64,000 nucleotides of DNA from assembly GCA_964430885.1 (NCBI GenBank), contig CAYSHM010000004.1:64001-128000 (forward strand). The letters run 5' to 3'. The number at the start of each line of letters is the position of its first letter. Position 1 is the stretch's first letter. This DNA comes from an uncultured archaeon (GTDB taxonomy: Archaea; Thermoplasmatota; Penumbrarchaeia; JASLWR01). The position numbers and the translations under genes are program-made. Below the pieces are notes generated by a model. That model had not been told where the DNA came from. It did not search any database and was given only the letters and a program-made list of their open reading frames with translations. Of this stretch, positions 41,329 through 51,300 are shown one piece after another.

Positions 41329-42993
41329 ATGATGTTGGCTGGATCAGCATTCATAATTAGAACTAAAAAAGCGATTCTTTTCAGAACGTTTCTTCTTGTC
41401 TCCTTTTTATTACTAACATTGTCCATATTGTCTACTCCTGGAAGTGCAAATGATATCAATGTTGAGGAATCTGACGAAGCCTATAATAAGATTGTGGAAC
41501 CGGAAGGGAAAGCGGTTTTCGAATGGACTATCCACAACCTTCAGGATGTTTCGGTGAATGTGACCATAGAAATTGATACCATGATGAAACAGGATTGGGA
41601 TGCATATCTTTCGGATATTCGTTTTGAACTCCCTCCCCAAAGCGATCCCAACTCCTCCAAAACGGTGAACTTAACTATAACAACAACTTCGGACTTTGAC
41701 GGTGAAAAGATGACCTGCAAGGTTACTTTCACAACGGATACCTCGGCACAATCCAAGGTCACAACCACAAAACTGGATATCCCTGAGGAGGATAAAGAAC
41801 TCATTTTCATGGGTTACAAAATACCTCTTCCTTCATCCCTGAGGACTATGTGGGGGCATTTTTTAGCTTCCTTGGGAATATGGATAATCATAGCTATTCT
41901 ATCACATATACTTCTGAAAATTGTTATACCTAGGTTGACCAAGAAGACAACCACCGAGGTAGACGATGACCTTGTAAAGGCTGTAAATACTCCCTTATTC
42001 GTGATCATAATACTATATGGATTAGTGGAATCCCTGAAGTATTTGGAAATGTCTACTTCCATCATACGCAGGATCAGGATCCTGTATGATTTCACAGTCA
42101 TTTTAATGATCGTATTAATGAGTTACAGGCTTTTCCGAGTTCTAATGCTGTATGCCTCAGAGCGCTGGTCAAAGAAGGGCGGGAACAAGATCAAAAGCAC
42201 ATTAATGCCCCTTATGGACAAACTCGGCAAGGCCATTATATTCATAGTAACGATTATGCTGCTATTGGACTTTTTTGGGGTGGACCTCACGGTTTTCGTA
42301 GCCGGCGCCGGTATTGCGGGCTTGGTGATAGCATTCGCAGCTCAGGAGACCCTGGCCAATTTCTTTTCAGGTATATTTCTAATTATGGAACCCAAATTCA
42401 ATCAAGGGGATATGCTCTTGATGAATGATGAAATCTACGAAGTAAAGGAGATAGGTCTCAGGTCAACCCAGCTGTATAATGTGATCCAGCATATGGATAT
42501 GATCATACCCAATCAGCTCCTAGCCTCTTCCCAATTGATCAACCTTTCACAGCCGGATAGAAAGTTAAGGATGAAGGTCAGGATACCCGTGGGTTATAAC
42601 ACTGATGTCGGCCGGTTGGAGGATATGATGAAAGAGATATCGGAAAAACACACGGATATAATAACTGGAATAGCCTCCTACGAACCACTTCTTTACTTTG
42701 ACAAATACAGTGCGTCATCACTGGATTTTGTTTTCATGTTCTGGATCAATAATTTTTATAGGAAATGGGAGATCCAACACAGGGTGCTCAGGGATATCAA
42801 TACCATGCTCAGGAAGGAAGGTATAGAAATACCCTATGATAAGAAGGTGATCACCTTGAAAACAATGGAGCCCATGGGACCACTTGGAGTAATAAATGGC
42901 ACTGAAAAAGGCCGCACAGGAAAAAAATCCGGGAAGAGTCCTTCAAAAGGGGCGAGGAACAGTAAAAAGAGACCATCTCGCAGGAATAAATAA
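41329..42993 (+). CDS. mscS: Mechanosensitive channel MscS family protein with an N-terminal extracellular Ig-like domain
   Basis: GAGIAGLVIAFAAQETLANFFSGIFL, PKFNQGD, IGLRSTQL, IPNQLL, EGIEIPY; signal peptide then a beta-rich domain. Confidence 0.9.
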   Translation: MMLAGSAFIIRTKKAILFRTFLLVSFLLLTLSILSTPGSANDINVEESDEAYNKIVEPEGKAVFEWTIHNLQDVSVNVTIEIDTMMKQDWDAYLSDIRFELPPQSDPNSSKTVNLTITTTSDFDGEKMTCKVTFTTDTSAQSKVTTTKLDIPEEDKELIFMGYKIPLPSSLRTMWGHFLASLGIWIIIAILSHILLKIVIPRLTKKTTTEVDDDLVKAVNTPLFVIIILYGLVESLKYLEMSTSIIRRIRILYDFTVILMIVLMSYRLFRVLMLYASERWSKKGGNKIKSTLMPLMDKLGKAIIFIVTIMLLLDFFGVDLTVFVAGAGIAGLVIAFAAQETLANFFSGIFLIMEPKFNQGDMLLMNDEIYEVKEIGLRSTQLYNVIQHMDMIIPNQLLASSQLINLSQPDRKLRMKVRIPVGYNTDVGRLEDMMKEISEKHTDIITGIASYEPLLYFDKYSASSLDFVFMFWINNFYRKWEIQHRVLRDINTMLRKEGIEIPYDKKVITLKTMEPMGPLGVINGTEKGRTGKKSGKSPSKGARNSKKRPSRRNK

Positions 42994-43162
42994 GGACAGA
43001 ATAGAATATATTATACGCCAATCAGCTTCGGATATTGTTCGAACATCGTTCTATAAATTATATATATACAGAGGATATTATAATAACTGATAATGGTTCC
43101 TAAGGATTGAAATCAACATCTTTCTTAAGGAATTCAGAAGTTTGGAAACGAGGTACTCAGTT

Positions 43163-44443
43163 ATGATATCAAGTCATCTCCGATGGACGCTCTATCTATC
43201 TATGGGGTTGATGATTATAGCACTATTTGCCCCAGTCAGCCTTGAAGCCCGCTCTTCCTCTGCAATCGTGATAGGCAACATTGAAGATCAGGGATACGAC
43301 CCCCAAGATGACGGAGTTATTGATTTTCTCAAAGTATCCGTGAATGTGAACGTTGAGGAGGAAGGAACATATACTGTCTACGGTCTAATTGAAACAGTAA
43401 ATTTCGAGCTCATTTCATCCAATAATGCATCATTTTTACAATCAGGCAATGGGCAATTGATGGTGAAATTTCCTGGCTGGCAGATATACGAATCCAAACA
43501 GAACGGACCTTATACTATTCATATTCGGGTGACGGATTCACAGCAGAGTGTGTCCGCTACCCATATCACTTCGTCCTATTCCTTTGAGGATTTCAACCCA
43601 TCAGTGGAATCACCGCGTTTGCCCATTTATAATGAGAACCTGACACTTGAATTTGATTCAGTCATGACCAAACCTTCTGTTACTTTCTATCCGACCCAAT
43701 ACAAGGAGAATTACAATTTCCGATTATCCTTCGATAGAATACTTGGCTTTGCAGACGATGGAGACGGCGTTTTCACTTCCCAGGATACTGAGGTGATCCG
43801 TGGGGACCTTTCTGAGAAGATATGGGGCTGGTCCCTGAAACAGGAAGGCTCTTCCATAAGGCTGAACATTCATAATACAATCAAACTATGGGATGTAGAG
43901 GGGCAGATGGAGATGGGAACAGTTGATATGAGTTTCATTTTTAATACCAATATCCAGGGCACTTACAAGAAATTTGATATAGATATGGTATTCTCCCAAG
44001 GTCTGACGGGTGTGGATTTCATATCTCTCGAACAGCATCTTGTGGATGAATCCCTGAAATCCGATTTTGAGGTGACGAATCTAGGAGGAACCACTAGGAT
44101 AAAGTTTGTCGACGAACAATCCGAGGAATTAGCGTATTACGAATGGCTGGAGGAAGCAGAATTCTACGGAGCCTCGGCCATGGAGAACAACAGCCTGAGT
44201 CATAATTATGAGAAGAGTACGAGAGAGATGACTCTTTATGTTCACTATCCTTATACCTCAGACTGCCAAAGGATATTCCATGATCCGGTGGTAGGCCTGA
44301 ACTCTAATGTTCTGCAGAGAAGAGGCCCGAATATTATTGAAGATGTGGTCAATGACCACAGTTTGCTGGTCTTTGGTGTGGCCTTTGTAGTAGGCACCGT
44401 TTTTGTCTTGCTTTCCCTGAGATATCAGAGGCGGCATGGGTAG
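43163..44443 (+). CDS. Secreted, C-terminally anchored hypothetical protein
   Basis: Signal peptide, DDGVIDFLKVSVNV..GTYTVYG..NGPY Ig-like domain, IFHDPVVG, C-terminal TM + RRHG; ATG 43163 after GAGGT (ORF open from 43142). Confidence 0.75.
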   Translation: MISSHLRWTLYLSMGLMIIALFAPVSLEARSSSAIVIGNIEDQGYDPQDDGVIDFLKVSVNVNVEEEGTYTVYGLIETVNFELISSNNASFLQSGNGQLMVKFPGWQIYESKQNGPYTIHIRVTDSQQSVSATHITSSYSFEDFNPSVESPRLPIYNENLTLEFDSVMTKPSVTFYPTQYKENYNFRLSFDRILGFADDGDGVFTSQDTEVIRGDLSEKIWGWSLKQEGSSIRLNIHNTIKLWDVEGQMEMGTVDMSFIFNTNIQGTYKKFDIDMVFSQGLTGVDFISLEQHLVDESLKSDFEVTNLGGTTRIKFVDEQSEELAYYEWLEEAEFYGASAMENNSLSHNYEKSTREMTLYVHYPYTSDCQRIFHDPVVGLNSNVLQRRGPNIIEDVVNDHSLLVFGVAFVVGTVFVLLSLRYQRRHG

Positions 44444-44562
44444 GTGATATGGGCGGATAGTCAAATCAGACAAATTTCATTCATTTTTTTCTATCACAAA
44501 ACTCGATTTTAGTTTCGATAATGGAAAATTGATTTTAATATTGTGAAAGATATAGGCCCCTC

Positions 44563-45183
44563 ATGGATAAACGTTTTTTTCCAGATACTGTGATACTCGC
44601 CTCTTCATCCCCGGGTAGAAAGAATATTCTGAGGAATGCAGGATTTGAGGTAGTAGTAATGGAGCCTTGTGTCGATGAAAACGATGTGGAAGACATTAAT
44701 AATGAAATGTTGCCAGAAACACTTGCAGCAATGAAAGGTGAAGCGGTAACAGCTAAACTGCGAAAGGAAACCCATAGTGATCCAAGAATAGTGATTGCTG
44801 CAGACACACTTTGCTTTTTAGATGATGAAATATTGAGAAAACCCAGCAATAGGGAAGATGCCATGAGGATGCTGTCTGCAATGTCAGGAAACTGGCATAA
44901 GGTTATTACGGGTTATTGGATAAGCTATGGTGGCAAGACCATTTCCGGATCAGACACTACCAGAGTGAAGTTCAGGCCCATATCGTTTTTAGAAGTGGAG
45001 AATTATTTGGAAACGGAAGAATATAAAGGTAAAGCAGGCGCATATGCAATTCAAGGTATAGGCGGGTGTTTGGTCGAGAAGATCGACGGCTGCTATTTCA
45101 ATGTATGTGGGCTACCTCTTTCTGCAGTTTGGTCTTCCATAATACGTTTATTCCCTAACTTGAACAATAAAGAATGTGATTAA
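44563..45183 (+). CDS. maf: Maf family nucleoside triphosphate pyrophosphatase (YhdE-like)
   Basis: ILASSSPGR, IAADT, KP, HKVITG, GKAGAYAIQG, GCYFNVCGLP. Confidence 0.93.
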   Translation: MDKRFFPDTVILASSSPGRKNILRNAGFEVVVMEPCVDENDVEDINNEMLPETLAAMKGEAVTAKLRKETHSDPRIVIAADTLCFLDDEILRKPSNREDAMRMLSAMSGNWHKVITGYWISYGGKTISGSDTTRVKFRPISFLEVENYLETEEYKGKAGAYAIQGIGGCLVEKIDGCYFNVCGLPLSAVWSSIIRLFPNLNNKECD

Positions 45184-45267
45184 TTTTAGGCATTAGAAAC
45201 TCTAATTTATCACACCTTTTCAAGAAATACTTCGAATTTTGTTCTACTACAGTTCGAACATCGTACC

Positions 45268-45284
45268 AAAATCCTTTTTATATA
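45268..45284 (+). promoter_or_regulatory. Putative archaeal BRE/TATA promoter of the alpha-2-macroglobulin-like gene
   Basis: AAAA..TTTATATA (45277-45284) about 45 nt upstream of the AGGTGA-led ATG at 45329. Confidence 0.45.
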
Positions 45285-45328
45285 GGGGGTAGTATTTGTT
45301 CTTATGAATTTACCTTTAAGGTGAGAAC

Positions 45329-48300
45329 ATGCTCTCTGAAAAACGAAAAAAATATTATTCGATACTATTTGTATTGATTCTGTCATCCATGGCCTTCGGT
45401 ATATTGGTTCCAGCGTCCTCCGCTGCTTCGGAAGATTCGGATTTCGATGGATTGTCAGATGATTATGAAAGATTAATTGGAACTGACCCATTCAATCCTG
45501 ATACCGATGCGGATGGTATGAACGACGCGGACGACCCCACTCCAAAAGGCGGTCTGTTGAACACCGAGGAAGTGTGGACCACCTGGAATATTACTGGCGA
45601 TATGAGTTTGCAGGTTATAGAACAGGGTCAATCCTTCAATGTTTCCTTCCACATATCTAAGTTCAATCCCGATGGGACCGAGGAAGTGCTGGAGAATCTG
45701 GATGCTTATCTATATGTGTATATCAGCAGAAGCTATTCCACCTATCTCAGACTGGATAAGATATCCATTCAGGCTACCATCGGACAGTACGAGCTCAGTT
45801 ACCGATCCAACGACCCTGGCAAATACCGCTTCATTCTGGGAGTGAACGCGAGCCAGATAACATTAGGAACCCATGCCACCTCTTTGGAGATGGATAAATT
45901 ATCCAGTGAGGGTAAGATAGGTTATATTCAGGGAGCGGCCTACCCCCCTTATCACACCACCGTTGCCAGCCTCTATCCCGTTCTCCTTCCAGGACATAAG
46001 GCGCACTACAATATCCAGCGGTACGAGTATGCCCCGCTAGATAATAGTTATTTATTCCTGAAAAGATTTGCCCAGCATTACTCCCCCACAGCGGCAGTCG
46101 GCTCTCTGTATGCCCCTTCAGCCGGAAGCGTCGTTGCTCATCTCTTCAAGGATTCATTGATAAGCAAACAGAATCTATGGGCCCCTGTAGGCGGTCTTGA
46201 GTACAATGTCACCCTCCTCCATCAAGGCGGGTATAATATGGCGGTTACAGCCTATGACACAGAGATAGCCTGGGACCACTTATATTCTCAAAAGTTCCCC
46301 TTTTCCACTGCATATACCTCCATAATTGATCCAGTCTATAGCTGGCTTGAGGTATCACCAGGTACACCAGAGGTATTTCAGAACGTCCAATTCATTGCCA
46401 ACAAATACACTGTAACCACTTCAATGAACGAATCGGCATTCAGCCATTGGTACAGGGGCGGGGGACTGAGGTTTATCATCGAGAATCACCCTGAACATGC
46501 TCAGCCTCATAACACCGATGTCTGGATATCCTTGTTCTATTATGTTTATGATCACTCGGCCAGGACAAGAATGGCCTATACCATGTTCGACAGGAATCTT
46601 ACGCTTAACGGTGATGCATCCACGTCCTTCCAATTAACCCTGCCGGGAACATATGCGGCAGCAGTGAAATATTCTCCAGTCCTCCCAGGCCACCCCCAGC
46701 AGAATTTCCCCCTTTACAGTCGATACGGCTACAAGATCAGGAATGACTATCACGATATCAGCTATTTCCAATGCATAGGGCCGGAATATGTAAATGTGTT
46801 CAAGGACGGGAATGTATATTTCACCCAGACGGGGATAAATGTATCAGTAACCGGCACCAGCAAAGGGAGCATGATGACAGGGCGTGATGCGGCGGTTTAT
46901 CTGGACGGAGTTTATAAAAATACCTTCACCTTCGCTGGAAATTCCAATGATCTGGACCTCGGACAGTTGGCAAAGGGAGCCCATGACGTCCATGTGCTCA
47001 CAATATATGATCAGGACACCAGAACAATAATCGAATCCCTGGGGCTTAGTAATTTCCATTACAACTGGATTGGTCACTGCAGGTTCGAGGTGAAATCCTT
47101 CCTCGTTCATGCCAACGCACCGTCCAACGTTATCAGGGAGCGGCAGGCAAATGTCAGCGTTCTAGTTTACGGATACGGGATGGAGCCTGTTAATAATGCC
47201 CAGGTGAAGATAGAAGCGGACGGCTATAATGCTCCAAGGATACAGGTTGGTCAGGGAACGACAGCAGTGGATGGTACTGCCAAGATAGGTGTGGTTATAC
47301 CTTCCAACGGAAGATATTATCATACTTTTCATATCACCGTGAGCAGGGGCGGGTTAACAGAATCTGTAACTTCCTATTTCTATGCTAGGAGCAGCGTGGC
47401 CAAGGGATTCATTCATACTAATAAACCCATTTATCTTCCAGGGGACGATATCAAGGCCCAGTTCTCAGTATATGATGTGGACGATGCGGCGCCGCATTCC
47501 GGTGAAGTGGAGCTCAGATTGACCTATAGAGGCAACAACAAAGATATCATCTCCGAGCAGGTTGTTCTGGATGAAATGGGGTCCGGGGAGATGGATTTCC
47601 CAATCAGCAGGGATGCACCTTGGGGGGATTATACCATTTCCGTCCTCAGTGACGGATCTGCAGTGGCATCTAGGACCATAGAGGTTCGATATTATGAAAC
47701 TCCCGATACCCGTATAGTTTTCGATGCGTCCCTGGATCTGAGGACCGGCGAGGTTGAGATCCCCGTCCAGGTGGAATATATGTTCGGTTCACCCGTGAAT
47801 CAGGGCAGCGTCCGCTATATCGTGGAGGGATATTCCAATACCTATGTCTATCCCCCTTACTATGGATATTGGTTCATGGACTGCGAGAGCGATGGAATAT
47901 CCGACTGTGCCCTCCCCTACTATGGATGGTACGATCCTGCACCTTTGTTCAAAGAAGATACTAACGTAAGTGTTCTGGGCGGCAGCGCCAATATCACCTT
48001 GAACATACCGAAAGGCGTTAAGCGGCTGTCCATAGCTGCCGAGTTCAGCGATGATTTTGACCATTATTCTGAGAATACCATTGAATATTTTGTCGGGGAA
48101 TCACCTGACCCCGAACTCAAAACAGGTTTAGAGCTCACCCCAGCAGAGAACACATTCACCGTTGGGGATGACATATCCTTCTCACTGCATACATATAATT
48201 ACAAGGATGCGGTCAATGAGGAGGCCGGGGACCTAGAGGAGGAATTTCAGGGTGATGTGAGCACATTCCTTCTTCTGAATGTCACTTCCATGAATGCAGA

Positions 48301-51300
48301 CAGCGCGGTAACCTATGAAGGTGTTTTTGATCTCTATACTGATCTGGAAGGATTGACGGTCTTTGACCTAGAGGAATTGGGATTGGACATTTACAACAAC
48401 TCGGTGAGTGGCAGATACTACTACAAGCTGACCCTTTCAGTGGTGGGCGAAAGCACCCCCCCCGCTACTTTGGAATACTCCTTTTTCATACATTGGGTGG
48501 AATACAGTATCATTTCCAGTCCCAATAGCTTCTCGCCGGGTGAGAACGCCACCATAACTTTGGAAGCCGAAAATAAACTTCATACACTGGATCCAGATTA
48601 TAACTATTCCCTGATCATAACCAAAAGGGATCGTTATTACGGATATTACAACTACTATTACAATTCATATTACGATCACGCACCGATATTCTCTCAGATG
48701 GGTGCAGCTTCAGGACGGAAGGAGATAACATGGCAGGTACCGGATCATATCCCCCAGGGTCTGTACATTGTTAGAGCTGAATTTTCCAATGACAATTACT
48801 CGGTTTCCATGGAGCACGAGGTTGAGATCGTTGATGTACCTCCGCTGAGCATTTCTCTTTCAGCTACTCCTTCCAGCTATTACCCTGGAGACCAGGTGGA
48901 TTTCAGTTTCACTCTCTCAGGGAATTTCAACGGATATGTCTATCTGTCCGTTGATGCGGGTAACGATCATCTTATGGAAAGCCGTATGACTGCAGGCAAT
49001 AACGGGGTATTTACCATTTCTACTTTGGACTGGCACAGTGATCTTTCCGGGACAGTTTATCTTATCGATCCAGATGGACGATTTATCAGCTCTAGCGTTT
49101 CGGTCAAATACGGCATTGATGTGCTTGATATATCTTTGGAGATGAATGCCAGCTCATATGAACCGGGAGACCAAGCCCAACTATCTGTTGAGGCCCTTAT
49201 GAGCGACGGTAGCCCTGCAGAGGGGGCTCATTTCTCACTCAGTATTGCGGATGCGGGAATATTTGAGATAGCGAATGATGCGTCAGCAGGTGATTTCTAT
49301 TCATCTCTGGTCACACCCTATGAGTTTGATTGGGGTTATAGATCTGTATTGAGCTGGTCCAGCGATACCTGGTATCCAGTGGGTTATACCAATATGACCA
49401 AGGGTTATTGGCCATATATCAATCCTGAAGAGCACCCCTGGGATGACGATTACGACGGCGACAGTGCAGGGGGCGGCCAGGGTATGCAGGGAGGGGCCAA
49501 TGACGGAATACCTGAAGGCGATATGGGGGAACAGGCACCCCAGGATGCAGAGCTGAACAACGACCTTCAGGAGCAGCTTGATAATACCGATGTTAGAGAA
49601 TGGTTCACGGATCTGGCCCTATGGCTTCCGGCGGTGATATTGGATGGGAATGGCATGGCATCCATAAATTTCACCCTGCCGGACAATATCTGCAAATGGC
49701 GGGTGAGGGGCACCGGCAGGACCCATGGACTTATCGGGGGTGAATCAGTCATAGAATTCAATGTATCCAAGGATTTCTTTATAGAGCCCAAGCTGCCCTA
49801 CAAGGTTACACAGGATGACGAATTGGAGTTTGACGTTCTCATCTACAACTTCAACAAAAATTCGGTCAATGCCCGGCTTGGAATATCTGCAGGGGAATGG
49901 CTGGGTGTGTTCGGACAGGTTGAGGTTAACATCACCGCCCCTCCAGACACCATTGAGACCCACACATACAAAGTAAAGATATTCGGATCAATGACCAACA
50001 ATCTTACCATTATATGCAGCGATATGGGTGCAAATACTGATGCAGTGAAGAAGGAAATGTTCGTAAAACCCAATGGAGCGCTTTATACCTCTCATCTTAC
50101 AGGAGCGGTAGATCCGCTTTCAGAGGAGATATTGGCCTTCAAGGACGAACTGATCAATGGTTCCCAGAAGGTCATACTGCGCCTGGCACCTGGTTACGGG
50201 GGCCTTCTGAAGATGGGCTATTCCATGCTGTCAGGTTATCCCTATGACTGCACCGAGCAGATCACTTCCCGTTTGGTGCCTGCAGTTATTTTCAGGGAAT
50301 ATCTGAGGGCGACTGGCGGATTGAACTGGTATAACGACCGCCATCTGAAAAGGCGGATCTATACCGAACTGCAGTCTCTGCTTTCTAAGCAGCATCAGGA
50401 TGGAGGATGGGGATGGTGGAAGGGGGATCAAAGTGCACAGTGGATAAGCGGCTGGGTACTTCTTGGTCTGACCCTTACAAGGGATTCAGGGATCCTTGTA
50501 GATAATGCGGTCATTCAAGGGGCTCAGAGTTATCTTATGAACTTCCTTGCAGGTGAAGACCATTGGGAGCCTGGATTGGGTGATGATATGAACGGCCGTG
50601 AACTAACATCCTTCCTGTATTACGCACTTGTGAAATCAGGAGTTCAGGTACTGGCCAGAGTTGAAGATTACCTCTTAGCAGAATATTCCGGTGGAAATCT
50701 TACCTCATATGGTCTTTCATTCTATGGTCTTGCTCTGGAGGAAAAAGATGATTTCTACGGGGATGTATTAACTGCTCTCCTCTCCTCAAAAATTGCTTCC
50801 CATTACCAGAGCAATGAGGCTCTAGGAGGTCATATGGAAACCACAGGATGGGCCCTTCTGCTCCTCGCCAATGATGACACTGAAAAGGCCGAGATGAGGG
50901 AAGCGTTGGAATGGCTGAACTCCCGCCGGCTGCCCAATGGCGACTGGGGCACCACAACAGCCACTACCGCTTCCATGTTGGCAATACTTGAGATGGTCAA
51001 GAATGCCGATCCCACTGATATGGATGTGACCGTCAAGGTCAATGGTCGCCAGATTGCCGCTGAACATGTGGATGAGAGGGCGAACAGGGATTTCTACAAT
51101 CGACTGGATGCTTTGGATATTACATCATATATCCGGGTGAGCGAGCCTAACACTATCACTATTGAAAAACAGGGGAGCGGTGATCTGTTCTACGAACTCA
51201 CCTCGGTGGAATATCTGCGAAAACGTGTCTCCGTGGATTTCACCCAGCATTATACCGTATCAATCGGGTCCACTTTAGACGTTGAGATAACCGCAGACCC

